In this document: positions 17,203-27,036 of the stretch, in pieces
Position numbering within the stretch: the stretch's first letter is position 1
Layout: each line of letters opens with the position of its first letter
Source: Candidatus Moanibacter sp.
GTDB taxonomy: Bacteria; Verrucomicrobiota; Verrucomicrobiia; Opitutales; UBA2987
NCBI GenBank assembly: GCA_965215885.1
Contig: CBDCEW010000066.1
Coordinates: forward strand, 1 to 35,500
DNA: 35,500 nucleotides
Reading direction: 5' to 3'
Program-made: the position numbers and the translations under genes
Notes under the pieces: model-generated
Told to the model about the DNA's origin: nothing
Databases searched by the model: none
Seen by the model: the letters and a program-made list of their open reading frames with translations, nothing else

Positions 17203-19121
17203 AGACCTTATCCGAAAAGCTACTGATTGGCCGCAAAGAGGCGCAAAAGGCGCAAGAAAAACTTGAGAAAAATCATTTTTTGGCTTGATAAAAAGTGTCG
17301 CAACATGCTAGTGTTTAACAACTTAAGATTAAGAAAGGAGTTAAACATGCCAACATGTGCGACAGAGGAGAACAAAAGCGATAAGACGCCCCTTAGCAAC
17401 CTCATTCTGCCGGTTCCAGACACGGATTTCCGTGATTTTCTGGATGAAGTTGAAGAATTGGCCGGGTTCGCGGCGCAAATCATCGAGGCGATCGAGAAGG
17501 ATCTGGACGCCCATGCGCGTGAGAAGAAGAAACTTCGATTGGAAGATCGAAGGTTCTTTGAAGGGCGCACAGCGGAGCTGCCGGAGCTGGACATCGAGGA
17601 GGAGAATATTCTGGCTGCTGAATTGAATCTTGGGGCAGGCCGGCCGCGGATGCCGGCTTATGCGGTATACGTGTTCGTGATGATTCGAGGGTTTCTGGGT
17701 TCGTTGACCACGAAACCGGCACGGCGGTTTGTGCGCGAGTCGATGAGCTTGTACGGATTTTTGCAGAGCGGGGGACTGAGAATGCCGGCGGTGACGACGA
17801 TTCTGGAGAACGTGAACCTGGTCAGCCATACGACCCGCGAGTTGATCTTTGATAAACAGATTGGGTTTATCCTCCAGGAGCAATGGGACGATTTCGGGAA
17901 GCTGACGATCGACAGCACCTCGGTGAAAGCAAACAGCTGCTGGCCCACCGATGGGAAGATTCTGAGCGGTCTTTTGATGCGGGCCAATCGTTTGGGTCAG
18001 AAGTTGCATGTCTTCGGGCTGGAGGATTTTCGCAAGGGATGGGTTGGGCGTTGGCTGGAGGAAATGGACAAGCTGGAGTTTCAGATTTGTCTGGCCGCGG
18101 GCAAACCGAAGTCGAAGGGCAAGCTGAAGAAACACTACCGGCGGTTGCTCAAGCGGGGCCGCAAGGCGGCCGACTCACTAACGGGGGAACTGAGCCATCT
18201 TGAAGAGGGCCTGTCGATGGATTCACTGCCTCCCACTCGCCGGGAGCTTCTGGAGCGGGCATTGAGCCAGATCAGGGGCGATATTGCCGACGCCAAGCGG
18301 GTTGTTGAGTATGCTCATGATCGGGTGTTTCACGAAAAGAAGCTACCGTCCACACAGAAGGTCCTGAGCCTCTCGGACGGATCGGCGGCCTACATCAAGA
18401 AGGGCAGCCGCAATCCAGTGATCGGGTACAAGCCACAACTGGTTCGCAGCGAAAACGGTTTTGTCACCAGCCTGATCGTACCGCAAGGCAACGCGGCAGA
18501 CTCCATTGAGCTGGCGCCGGCCATCGGCGATTCGATCAAGCGCACCGGTGTCATTGCTGAACTGGTCAGCACCGATGACGGATATGCTTCGGCGAAGGGA
18601 CGCAAGGAGGTGCTGAGCATGGGGGTAAAGCAGATCAGTATCAGTGGGGCGAAGGGCAAGAAGTTGACCACCCCCGAGGACTGGGAGAGCGAGGCGTATC
18701 GCGAGGCACGCCGCGATCGCTCCGCAGTGGAGTCGCTGATGTTCACGATTAAAGATGGATTTGCCTTTGGCGAACTCGGCCGCCGCGGCATCGATGCGGT
18801 AGGCGATGAACTGCTCGAGAAGGTTCTGGCCTACAACTTCTGCCGCATCATACTGATGAAGAAACGCCGAGGGGAGGAACTGGAACAGGCAGCCTGAATC
18901 TGACCGCTTTGAAGCTCAGAGAAAAAAGCACCACGGGATGAGTATGCCTCCAGACAGCGGCAAATATACGTATTGTGCAGCAAGCCACGCCGATGGCCGC
19001 TCAATACCTGCTCATCGGCAGCGCCGGCAGCCTAAAACCCGAAACCTGCCAGCCATAGGCTGGTCCGCCCGTGGCGGAGAACCTTAAACCGCCCGCTCGA
19101 AAGGCTTTTCGAGTGGGGTCT
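17203..19121 (+). mobile_element. Insertion sequence with DDE transposase (ISNCY/IS5-like)
   Basis: IRs AGACCTTATCCGAAAAGC / AGACCCCACTCGAAAAGC. 4-bp target duplication AGCC at 17199-17202 and 19122-19125. Confidence 0.9.
17347..18897 (+). CDS. DDE transposase (ISNCY/IS5-like), intact
   Basis: RBS AAGGAG precedes ATG 17347. Motifs GRPRMP, IDSTSVKANSCWPTD, STDDGYAS and RSAVESLMFTIK. Confidence 0.88.
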   Translation: MPTCATEENKSDKTPLSNLILPVPDTDFRDFLDEVEELAGFAAQIIEAIEKDLDAHAREKKKLRLEDRRFFEGRTAELPELDIEEENILAAELNLGAGRPRMPAYAVYVFVMIRGFLGSLTTKPARRFVRESMSLYGFLQSGGLRMPAVTTILENVNLVSHTTRELIFDKQIGFILQEQWDDFGKLTIDSTSVKANSCWPTDGKILSGLLMRANRLGQKLHVFGLEDFRKGWVGRWLEEMDKLEFQICLAAGKPKSKGKLKKHYRRLLKRGRKAADSLTGELSHLEEGLSMDSLPPTRRELLERALSQIRGDIADAKRVVEYAHDRVFHEKKLPSTQKVLSLSDGSAAYIKKGSRNPVIGYKPQLVRSENGFVTSLIVPQGNAADSIELAPAIGDSIKRTGVIAELVSTDDGYASAKGRKEVLSMGVKQISISGAKGKKLTTPEDWESEAYREARRDRSAVESLMFTIKDGFAFGELGRRGIDAVGDELLEKVLAYNFCRIILMKKRRGEELEQAA

Positions 19122-19982
19122 AGCCAAGGAAGAAGGCGTCAGACGTTTCATTAACGCCTCATCGAGCAGCGTTTTCGGTATCAAAGATGAATCCAACGTT
19201 ACGGAAGACCTGGAGCCCGAGCCCCTCACATTTTACTCGAGATACAAGGCGCTCTCTGAATGGCTCGTCCTCACCGCCGCTTCATCCAACTTCTGTGCCG
19301 TCAATGTCAGACCGGCGACGATTTGCGGCGTATCGCCCCGCCAGCGATTCGATCTCACGGTAAATAAGCTCACGGCCGACGCCATAAGCAAGAATCTCAT
19401 CACGGTGCACGGAGGAGAACAGCGGCGACCCAACGTTGGTATGACGGATATGGTTCACCTCTACTCGATGCTCGCCCGAGTTGAGGCAGCAGAGATTAAC
19501 GGCAAGACCTTTAACTTCGGATTTGAGAATCATAAGGTCATCGAGATTGCCAAAGTTATTCAGGAAGAACTCTCCGATTTGAAGGTGAGAATCGAGATTA
19601 CGGAGAGTCTCGACCAACGCGATTATCATATCTCTTCGGAAAAAATCCTGGGGACTCTCAACTACCGGCCTGTTAGCTCAATTAGAAAGGAAGTAGCAAA
19701 CTTGCGCCAAGCCTTCGCCAATGGTCGTTTTCTCGAAATCGACGCGCCCGAATATTACAATATGCAATCCATGAGGCTGGAACGCCACCCCGGTTGCTAC
19801 GGTCTTCTTTCGCGATAAAGAATTGAACAGAAGGAAACTCCTTCGACGGGGCTCAGGGCATGCAAGAGAAACGGAATGGAAGAGGAATAGGTGTAGAGAT
19901 TTACCTCGAAACTTCCGTGCAATTTACGGAGATAAGATGTGTAAGTAAGCCAGCAACAAATAGTTAAATCAAAGCAAATTCA

Positions 19983-20406
19983 GGGTCACAGAGCACCACA
20001 GAGAAGCACGGAGGATCACGGAGAATGTTACACGGAAAGGTAGAAAACTGGGAGGAGTCGACTTCGCCTGCTCTGCCTTACGGCAGAGTGGAAAACGGTC
20101 AAGGAAGCATTTACGAGAGCGTTTTCTCTTGGCTCAAAATCAAGTCACGCTCTCGTAAATGTTTCCTTGACCGTTTGAACCGCGCTCCGCGCGAGGCGAA
20201 GTCGACCCCTCCCAATTTTCTACTCCGTCAGGAAACTTCGAATTCTTCTGATCCACTGTTATCGATGCAGCGGTCGGTGCGGAGTGGGTGTCACCAGGGC
20301 TTCAACAACCTTCCCGAACCAAAGCAAGAGGGTAAATTCGGCCTGACATTGTCCACGCAAGTCATCTCTGTGTGCCTCTGTGGTTCTCTGTGGCCCTCTG
20401 TGACCC
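19983..20406. repeat. 42-bp inverted repeats (9-bp periodic) enclosing a 184-bp fold-back element
   Basis: 19983-20024 pairs imperfectly with 20365-20406. Inside, 20040-20069 pairs with 20194-20223 and 20093-20122 pairs with 20147-20176. Confidence 0.85.
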
Positions 20407-20509
20407 CTCTTCTGTCTTATCAGCCTTCCAGTTTGTTTGCGGCCGTAGGCTGCCTCAGGAGAGGAATAGTGGCCCATCCCGTCGTGTCGGGAGTTCCGCA
20501 GTACCACGA

Positions 20510-22048
20510 ATGAACGAGGATAAGATACTTCAATTCGAGAAGGCCTCAGAGGTCTTTGCGGGCCTGCGGGCTGAGGGCAAGAGAATCGTGCAGTGTCACG
20601 GCACTTTCGATCTGATACATCCCGGCCATATCATCCATCTGGAAGAGGCAAAGGCGCTGGGTGATACCCTTGTCGTGACGGTGACCGCGGAACAGTTTGT
20701 CAACAAGGGTCCGGGGCGTCCGCATTTCAACGATCAGTTAAGAGCGCGAAGCCTGGCGGCCCTCGGCTGTGTGGACCATGTCGTTCTAATCCCATATCCT
20801 GCCGCGGTCGAGGCGATCGAATGTGTGAAACCGAATGTCTATTGCAAAGGCAAGGAATATGAGAATCCTGAGAGTGATGTCACCGGCTCGATTCGCGATG
20901 ACGTGCGCACAGTCGAGAAACACGGAGGTAAAGTGCGTTTCATCGGATCCGTAGTCTACAGCTCGACGCGACTACTGAACCAGAATTTTGCGCACATCGA
21001 CGAACCGATCAAAGATTACTGCAAGGAAATCGCGAAGTCTTACACGCCCGGGAAACTCAGAGAAATCGTGGATGATTTTTACGATACAAGAGTCCTCATC
21101 ATCGGCGATATCATCTTCGATCGCTATTCAAATGTGACCGTGCAGGGCCTGACATCCAAGAATCGAATCATCTCGGGAAGATTCCTCGACGAGGAGACGC
21201 AAGCGGGAGGGGCGCTTGCTGTGTTTCGACATCTCAAAGAGTTCTGCGCCAACGTGAGGCTCGTCAGCCTTGTCGGAACGGAATCGTTTGTAGACACCCA
21301 CATTCGAGATTACATTGCTCCGGAGGAGGACGGAATTATCCGTGATGAGTCATTCACGACCATCGTGAAACAGCGATTCGTGGAACCGACAGCGGAGGGA
21401 AAGGAATTGGGCAAACTCTTTTCCATCAACATTATTGATTCGGAACCCCCGAAGGAATCTACCCAGAGAGCCGTCTTGGAACGGATCGATCACGACATCA
21501 AGGAATTCGACTTCGTCCTGGTGGCCGACTTTGGACACGGTCTTATGCAAAGGGAGATAAGGGAATCTGTTCAGGCCAAGGCGCAGTTTCTTGCTTTGAA
21601 TTGCCAGACAAACAGCAACAACCATGGTTTCAACATCATTTCGAGGCAATACGAGAAGGCCGACTGCTTCTCCCTCGACCAACAGGAGCTCCAACTCGCC
21701 TGCGGCCACCGCCATCTCGATTACCTGGCCGAATTGGGTAAGCTTCGTTCGCAATTTAATGCGCAATCCGCATGGTTGACTCGAGGAGCGGTGGAAACCT
21801 TAGGCGTTCAGGAAGGGGAGGAGCCGGCGATATGTAAACCGTTGGAAACCGTCGTAACCGATACGATAGGAGCGGGAGATGCATTCTTTTCCGTGGCTTC
21901 ACTGGCAGCGTACCGCAATCTTCCGGTCAATCTCTCAACTCTTCTCGGTCAACTGGCCGGTGCCCAAGCCGTAAAGATAGTCGGCAACTCGCGCCCTATC
22001 TCGAAGGCGGTCCTCCTCAAGGGTGGTATGTCGCTGCTGAACTTTTAG
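20510..22048 (+). CDS. Bifunctional cytidylyl/adenylyltransferase + PfkB-family sugar kinase (HldE/RfaE-like, reversed domain order)
   Basis: HGTFDLIHPGH, NKGPGRP and YSST in the N-terminal domain. IGDIIFDRY, DFGHG and DTIGAGDAF in the C-terminal domain. Start set at ATG 20510. Confidence 0.88.
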   Translation: MNEDKILQFEKASEVFAGLRAEGKRIVQCHGTFDLIHPGHIIHLEEAKALGDTLVVTVTAEQFVNKGPGRPHFNDQLRARSLAALGCVDHVVLIPYPAAVEAIECVKPNVYCKGKEYENPESDVTGSIRDDVRTVEKHGGKVRFIGSVVYSSTRLLNQNFAHIDEPIKDYCKEIAKSYTPGKLREIVDDFYDTRVLIIGDIIFDRYSNVTVQGLTSKNRIISGRFLDEETQAGGALAVFRHLKEFCANVRLVSLVGTESFVDTHIRDYIAPEEDGIIRDESFTTIVKQRFVEPTAEGKELGKLFSINIIDSEPPKESTQRAVLERIDHDIKEFDFVLVADFGHGLMQREIRESVQAKAQFLALNCQTNSNNHGFNIISRQYEKADCFSLDQQELQLACGHRHLDYLAELGKLRSQFNAQSAWLTRGAVETLGVQEGEEPAICKPLETVVTDTIGAGDAFFSVASLAAYRNLPVNLSTLLGQLAGAQAVKIVGNSRPISKAVLLKGGMSLLNF

Positions 22049-22049
22049 C

Positions 22050-23087
22050 ATGAACACGAAAGCCGCAATATTGGTTGAACAGAATCAACCCCTTGTCGTG
22101 GACGAGGTGGTAATTCCTTCTCTAAGTTACGGTCAGGTTCTGGTCGAGGTGAGAGTGAGTCGCATATGCGGCTCTCAAATTGGTGAAATTGCCGGAATTA
22201 AAGGGCCGGATCGATACCTACCCCACCTTTTGGGCCACGAAGGCGGCGGCATCGTTCGGGAGATTGGCCCCGAAGTAAAGTCGGTCAAACCGGGTGACCG
22301 CGTCGTGATGCACTGGCGGCCCGGCGCAGGTATTGAAGGCAGTCCGCCAGTATACGGATGGGGCGATCGGAGAGCGAATGCCGGAAATGTTACCACATTT
22401 AACGAGTACGCCGTCGTTTCCGAAAACCGGCTCACTCCCATACCGGATTCGATCAACTTTGACACGGCCGCCTTACTCGCGGATACGCTCACCACCGGGT
22501 TCGGCATAATCAACAACGACGCCCAGGTGAGAATCGGGGAATCGGTCGTCATCATCGGCTGCGGAGGCATCGGTCTGGGTGTCGTGCTCGGCGCTCGGCT
22601 GGCCGGCGCCCACCCCATAATCGCGGTCGATCTCATTGATAGGAAACTCACTAAGGCAAAGGATTACGGCGCCACCCATACGATCAATTCCTCGAACTCA
22701 GGTTTCCTGGAAGGGGCGAAATCAATCGCAGGGGAGTGTGGCGCCGATGTAGTGATCGACGGAACAGGAAATCCGGATGTCATTGCCTCCGCTTACGCCC
22801 TCACTCAACCCAAAGGACGCTGTATACTCTTTGGGGTAATGCGGCACGACGCGCGCGCCGTGATACACACGCTTCCTCTTCACTTCGGGAAAGTGCTGAA
22901 GGGGTCGGAGGGGGGAGGGAGTCGGCCGCATCTCGATATACCGCGGTATGTGCGCCTGATCGAAGAGGGGGCGTTCGATCCCGCCGGTTTTATTTCTCAT
23001 CGCATTAACCTTGAAGAAGTGAACACCGGGATAGAGCGGATGAAAGCGGGAGAAGTCATCCACTGTCTGATCGATTTAAAAGTATAG
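22050..23087 (+). CDS. Zinc-binding alcohol dehydrogenase (MDR family)
   Basis: ICGSQ, LGHEGGG and IIGCGGIG. It lacks the four-Cys structural-zinc loop. Confidence 0.9.
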   Translation: MNTKAAILVEQNQPLVVDEVVIPSLSYGQVLVEVRVSRICGSQIGEIAGIKGPDRYLPHLLGHEGGGIVREIGPEVKSVKPGDRVVMHWRPGAGIEGSPPVYGWGDRRANAGNVTTFNEYAVVSENRLTPIPDSINFDTAALLADTLTTGFGIINNDAQVRIGESVVIIGCGGIGLGVVLGARLAGAHPIIAVDLIDRKLTKAKDYGATHTINSSNSGFLEGAKSIAGECGADVVIDGTGNPDVIASAYALTQPKGRCILFGVMRHDARAVIHTLPLHFGKVLKGSEGGGSRPHLDIPRYVRLIEEGAFDPAGFISHRINLEEVNTGIERMKAGEVIHCLIDLKV

Positions 23088-23103
23088 GAGTCTGAAAAAA
23101 ATC

Positions 23104-23320
23104 TGACCGCGGATGCCACGGATGGGCACGGATGCTCTGCTAAACCAGATATTCAAAGTGAGGACGGTGGGTAAGATTCCCAAACAAAGATTGTAAAAAG
23201 CTGATACAGAAAAGATTGTGCTTTCAATGCTCTCTCAGTCCCCATTCGTTGCCCTTCATTCATTCGTTGCTGCCTCATTCCTTTGGTTGCGGCTACGCTG
23301 CGCTAGTCCATCCGCGGTCA
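23104..23320. repeat. Intergenic element bounded by a 12-bp perfect IR, containing a 28-bp dispersed repeat
   Basis: TGACCGCGGATG ... CATCCGCGGTCA. CATTCGTTGCCCTTCATTCATTCGTTGC at 23243-23270 is identical to 32898-32925. Confidence 0.75.
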
Positions 23321-23367
23321 ATTCATTCTCCGTGGTTCTCGGAGTCTCAAATCATGTTCCGAAATAA

Positions 23368-24234
23368 TTGGAAGAACCGAAGCCGATGAATGAATTCTCC
23401 AGCACTCCTGATCAAGGGGACGATACGGATCTCAATCTGCTTAGCCGGCGCATTCGATATAAACTGGTTGAACTCTCCCACAGGGCGAACACCCCGCATC
23501 TCGCTTCCGCTCTCTCCTGTGTCGACATCCTTGTAGCGGCCTATTGGAGAGTGCTTCGATTGGATCCGGAAATGCCCCACGCTCCCGAGCGGGATCGCTT
23601 CATTCTCAGTAAAGGGCACGCCGCTACGGCCCTTTACACCACCCTTGCATTTCGAGGAGTAATCGAGATGGATACATTGGATTCGTTCGCTCAAGCCGGC
23701 AGTCCCCTCGCTGAACAGCCGGCCCCCTATTGCGCCCCCGGAGTCGAACTGGCGACGGGTTCTCTTGGCCACGGGTTACCTGTCGGCGTCGGTATGGCCC
23801 TGTCGGCGAGGATCACGAAACAGACTTTTCGGGTGTATGTTGTAATGAGTGACGGAGAATGCAATGAAGGATCGGTCTGGGAAGCGGCCATGTTTGCTCC
23901 CGCGCAACGCCTGGAAGATCTTGCCATTGTTGTCGATTATAACCGGTGGCAAGCCACGGATCGAAGCAACGAGGTTATGTCCCTCGATTCGCTTGCGAGC
24001 AAATGGGAGGCATTCGGGTGGAATACCACCGAAGTCGACGGTCACAATATCGATGCTTTGGCCGACGCTCTGGGGAAGGTTCCGGATGGGAGCGGCAAAC
24101 CGGTCGCACTGATCGCGAACACGATAAAAGGTAAGGGAATATCCTTCATGGAAGACGACAATAACTGGCATTATCGAATACCCAATGAAGAGGAAGTCCT
24201 GGCGGCGAAAGTGGAACTCGGATTAGCTTTGTAG
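23368..24234 (+). CDS. Transketolase, N-terminal (TPP-binding) subunit
   Basis: DRFILSKGH, ATGSLGHG, SDGECNEGSVWEA, TIKGKG and NNWHY. An alternative start is ATG 23386. Confidence 0.92.
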   Translation: MEEPKPMNEFSSTPDQGDDTDLNLLSRRIRYKLVELSHRANTPHLASALSCVDILVAAYWRVLRLDPEMPHAPERDRFILSKGHAATALYTTLAFRGVIEMDTLDSFAQAGSPLAEQPAPYCAPGVELATGSLGHGLPVGVGMALSARITKQTFRVYVVMSDGECNEGSVWEAAMFAPAQRLEDLAIVVDYNRWQATDRSNEVMSLDSLASKWEAFGWNTTEVDGHNIDALADALGKVPDGSGKPVALIANTIKGKGISFMEDDNNWHYRIPNEEEVLAAKVELGLAL

Positions 24235-24236
24235 GA

Positions 24237-24263
24237 ATGAGGAACGCCTTCGCACAAGAGATT
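24237..24263 (+). pseudogene. First 9 codons of the transketolase C-terminal subunit, truncated by IS
   Basis: MRNAFAQEI begins 2 nt after the partner's stop, which is the typical start of this subunit. The IS terminal repeat follows immediately. Confidence 0.75.
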
Positions 24264-24294
24264 CAGACCTCACTATATTGCCCCTCTAAAGGCA

Positions 24295-26919
24295 CTATGC
24301 AATCGCAAGTTTAAATCCCGATTTTTTGCCCAGTCGGAAGATGATTCTTCGGCCTGAACCGTCGGGCATCAGTAAGGGCTTCTGATTGAGAGTTTGCAGA
24401 TACTCAAGCACCACCGCCTGCACCCGAGGGGGATAAGTTGCGGTGGGGAATAAATGCGCTTCGACCGCACAGCCCCTCTCTATAAGAACGCCGTCACTGT
24501 GAGTCAAATTGCGAAACAGATCGTGGTCGTCACGATAGTTGTTGTAGCGAGCTTTAAAGGGTTCGAGCTGCTTGTAGAAGCTGTTACTTGGTCGATGACC
24601 CAGCGGATCCAGTTTTGACCCTCACAATGTTCACCAGGGCGATGACAGCCAGGATAACCGTTACCAATCAATGGAAGCAGTTATTCACGCATTTTTCAAA
24701 AAATTGCCAGTAAAGATCCTCGGGGCAAGCCCCGAGGCATTTGAGTGATTAGACTTTACTGAATTAGAAACGAAGCATAGCTTCAACGGAATTAAACCCG
24801 AAGCGATTAAAGCTCCTGCGGCAAGGCCCACCGATTTCAGGCTGCTCAGAAAGGAAAGCGCGAAATGATGAATATCGCCCAAGAGTTTCCACGATCATCT
24901 GACCACGGCTTTACCTAGCGTAGCATAACCGAAACGCAAAGAGAAGAAGAGAACCGCGAATACACGCAAATGTTCGCGCAGATGCGGGGCGAAGATTTTC
25001 AAGGCATCCATGAGGGACTTGTTAGCGGTGTCCAGGCGGACATAGTTTTCATCAATGAGGCGCTGCAGCCTCGAGCATTCGGTGTCGATTTGCTCCAGTT
25101 CGAGTTGGAGGGCTTTGAGGGCCTGATCGAGTCGACGGATCTTTTCGCCCCTTGGGGCGCTTTTGCCCGGGTGGGCATGCTCGGCCAGGAGCAGTCTTTT
25201 CAATTCTTCGGTGCATTGCTGTTTTTGCTTCAGGAGGGCTTTGGCGGCACCGCTTTTCTCCTGCTTGTCCTCAAGGTGTTGGGCTAATCGCTTGTAGTGG
25301 ACGGTGCGATAAGAGGTGATCTGATTAATCCCAAAGTGCTTATCGAGGTATTTGAAGTCATTCTCCTGAATCCAGCGACTGAACATCCCTTTGATTACCT
25401 CTTCATTTCGGGCCTGCTGATCGGTCGCCAGGATGCTCACGGTAATGGTTCGATTTTTTGGATTGGTCGCCTCCACGATCCACTGCACCAGTTGAGGATT
25501 TTTCTTCCAGGGGCCCCGCTGATAGCGAAGATGATACTCCTGGAGATCTTCGGCATGGTTGCGCGCGCGCTGCAGGCGCAACTGCCCGTCGATCCGTTGG
25601 AGGGGCTGGGCGCTGGCCTTGTAACCTTTTTCCCAGGTAATGATTTCGAGTTGAGGATGCTCCACGATGGCTTCGTAAAACCACTCCGCGGCGATCGCCC
25701 GGTCCACGTAAATGCTCACCTTCTTATCAGCCGGCAACTGCACCAGCTCGAGCATCGCTTCGCAGTTGGGGATAAACCGTTCCCTTATATCCTCATAGTT
25801 GTCAGTGCTCGCAAAATAGACCGGATAGCCCTTGAGGGTATGAATAAAATCGCTGTGGAGCGCTTTGTCGGCCAGACGGATACCCGGACACCATCCCGCC
25901 AGCACCTTGCTCATTCCGGTGTAATGTTTGGTGTGCGGATCATAATAAAAGCTCTCTTCATCCGAAGCATTCAGGCCCCTCGCGTTCACTCTGAGGATCT
26001 CTCTTAAAAGCCCTTCATCGGCCAGGGCGCTAAGGCTTTGGCGTTGCAGATAGGGGGTATACAGGACTCGCCCGATGAGTTTTTGCAGGTCTTCGAGATC
26101 GAGCAGTTTGCTCTGCTCGATATTGACCGCGGCCAACAACCCGCAAGCCACCCATTGTTTCAAAAGCCAGCCCTCTTCGCGATCAATCTGAGCGACTTCT
26201 CTGAGCGCGGCACTGAACAGAAGTACTCCCAGGTGCCGATACCATTGCACCGCTTCGGAGCTCTCCCTCGAAAAATCGGGAGACCCCTTGCGATTGTCCC
26301 CTTCGCTTTCGGGGCTATTTTCTGCTTCTTGCTCCTGTTCGTCCCTCCCCGAGTCCTCCGGGCAATCCCAGGGAGTCTCCCGATTTTGCGCCCTCTCGGC
26401 TTCGGCCTCCTTTGCCCGGGCCTCTTTAAGCTCCTTAAAGACAGGGCGCAAAGTTTCCCCACTGAGGTTAACTCCGAACACCTCCTCGATCTCCCCCCGT
26501 ATCTTCTTGCTGTAGCCATACCGACTCTCCCCATAGATCTGCCCGAAGCGCACCCGCACAAAACTCCGGATTTCCCTCGTCAATTTGCGATGAGCGCTGC
26601 GTCCCGCCAGCACTCGCGCTAAGGTCTCGGCATCTCCGCTTTGAAGCGCCTCCCCCCACCGCTTCATCGTTTTGGGGTCAACCTCAAATTGCTTCTCTAA
26701 GCGCCCTTTCTTCAACCCCGCATTGTAGAGGCGCCCCTCCAATAGCTTGAATTCAACTTGCTCCCGATCGTCCTCTACGACTTCAAAAAGCTCATGCCCG
26801 TAATAGACGTGCAGTTTGCCTTCCCTCAGATCCCGATAGACCGTGATCGAGGGATTACCCTTGTCCACTCCAAGGATGCACTGTAAGAAGGTCTCTTCTT
26901 TGACGGTAGGTTTCTCCAT
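24295..26919 (-). pseudogene. Large (about 740 aa) putative DDE transposase interrupted by a 399-bp insertion
   Basis: HTH region (VDPKTMKRWG), then FYYDPHTKHY, IYVDRAI and MFSRWIQENDFKYL. Removing 24588-24986 gives in-frame ...ALKIFARNSFYKQLEPFKARYNNYRDDH...KLAIA stop. Confidence 0.8.
24710..24806 (-). mobile_element. Non-autonomous IS200/IS605-type mini element, copy 2
   Basis: 37 bp are identical to 2038-2074, the opposite end is similar, and it again lies 3' of TTTAA (24807-24811, minus strand). Confidence 0.8.
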
Positions 26920-27036
26920 TTTTCTTCGAATTTGATGGTTCGAAGATGAAGCCTACCGTTTTCTTTAGCTCTTAAAAGCCGGGAATTGTATCTGCGATTG
27001 CCCCCTGCCCGCCAACCCGCATGATAGCGAGTTCTG

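Larger units (their letters stand above)
16855..19818 (+). pseudogene. NAD-dependent epimerase/dehydratase split by an IS
   Basis: ILVTGGFGYVG and HLAAISND lie before the IS. Removing 17203-19121 plus one AGCC gives in-frame LLTLAKEEGVRRFINASSSSVFG...YSRYK. Confidence 0.92.
24264..27036 (-). mobile_element. Large insertion sequence of uncertain family, with nested insertions and no target duplication
   Basis: Imperfect IRs CAGACCTCACTAT / CAGAACTCGCTAT coincide exactly with gene truncations on both sides. Confidence 0.8.

Noticed and set aside
17227..17346. Longer 556-aa transposase start (MAAKRRKRRKK)
   Set aside because: The basic leader is the translation of a 9-bp periodic repeat. A strong RBS supports ATG 17347.
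20025..20513. 162-aa ORF, and the 46-aa extension of the kinase-transferase from 20372
   Set aside because: Both run through palindromic repeat DNA and show no protein-like features. ATG 20510 gives the expected domain start.
24588..24986. Group II intron or IS91-type identity for the 399-bp insert
   Set aside because: No GTGCG 5' end or recognisable domain V. The CTTG-GTCGAT junction only loosely resembles an IS91 origin and conflicts with the codon-restoring boundary.
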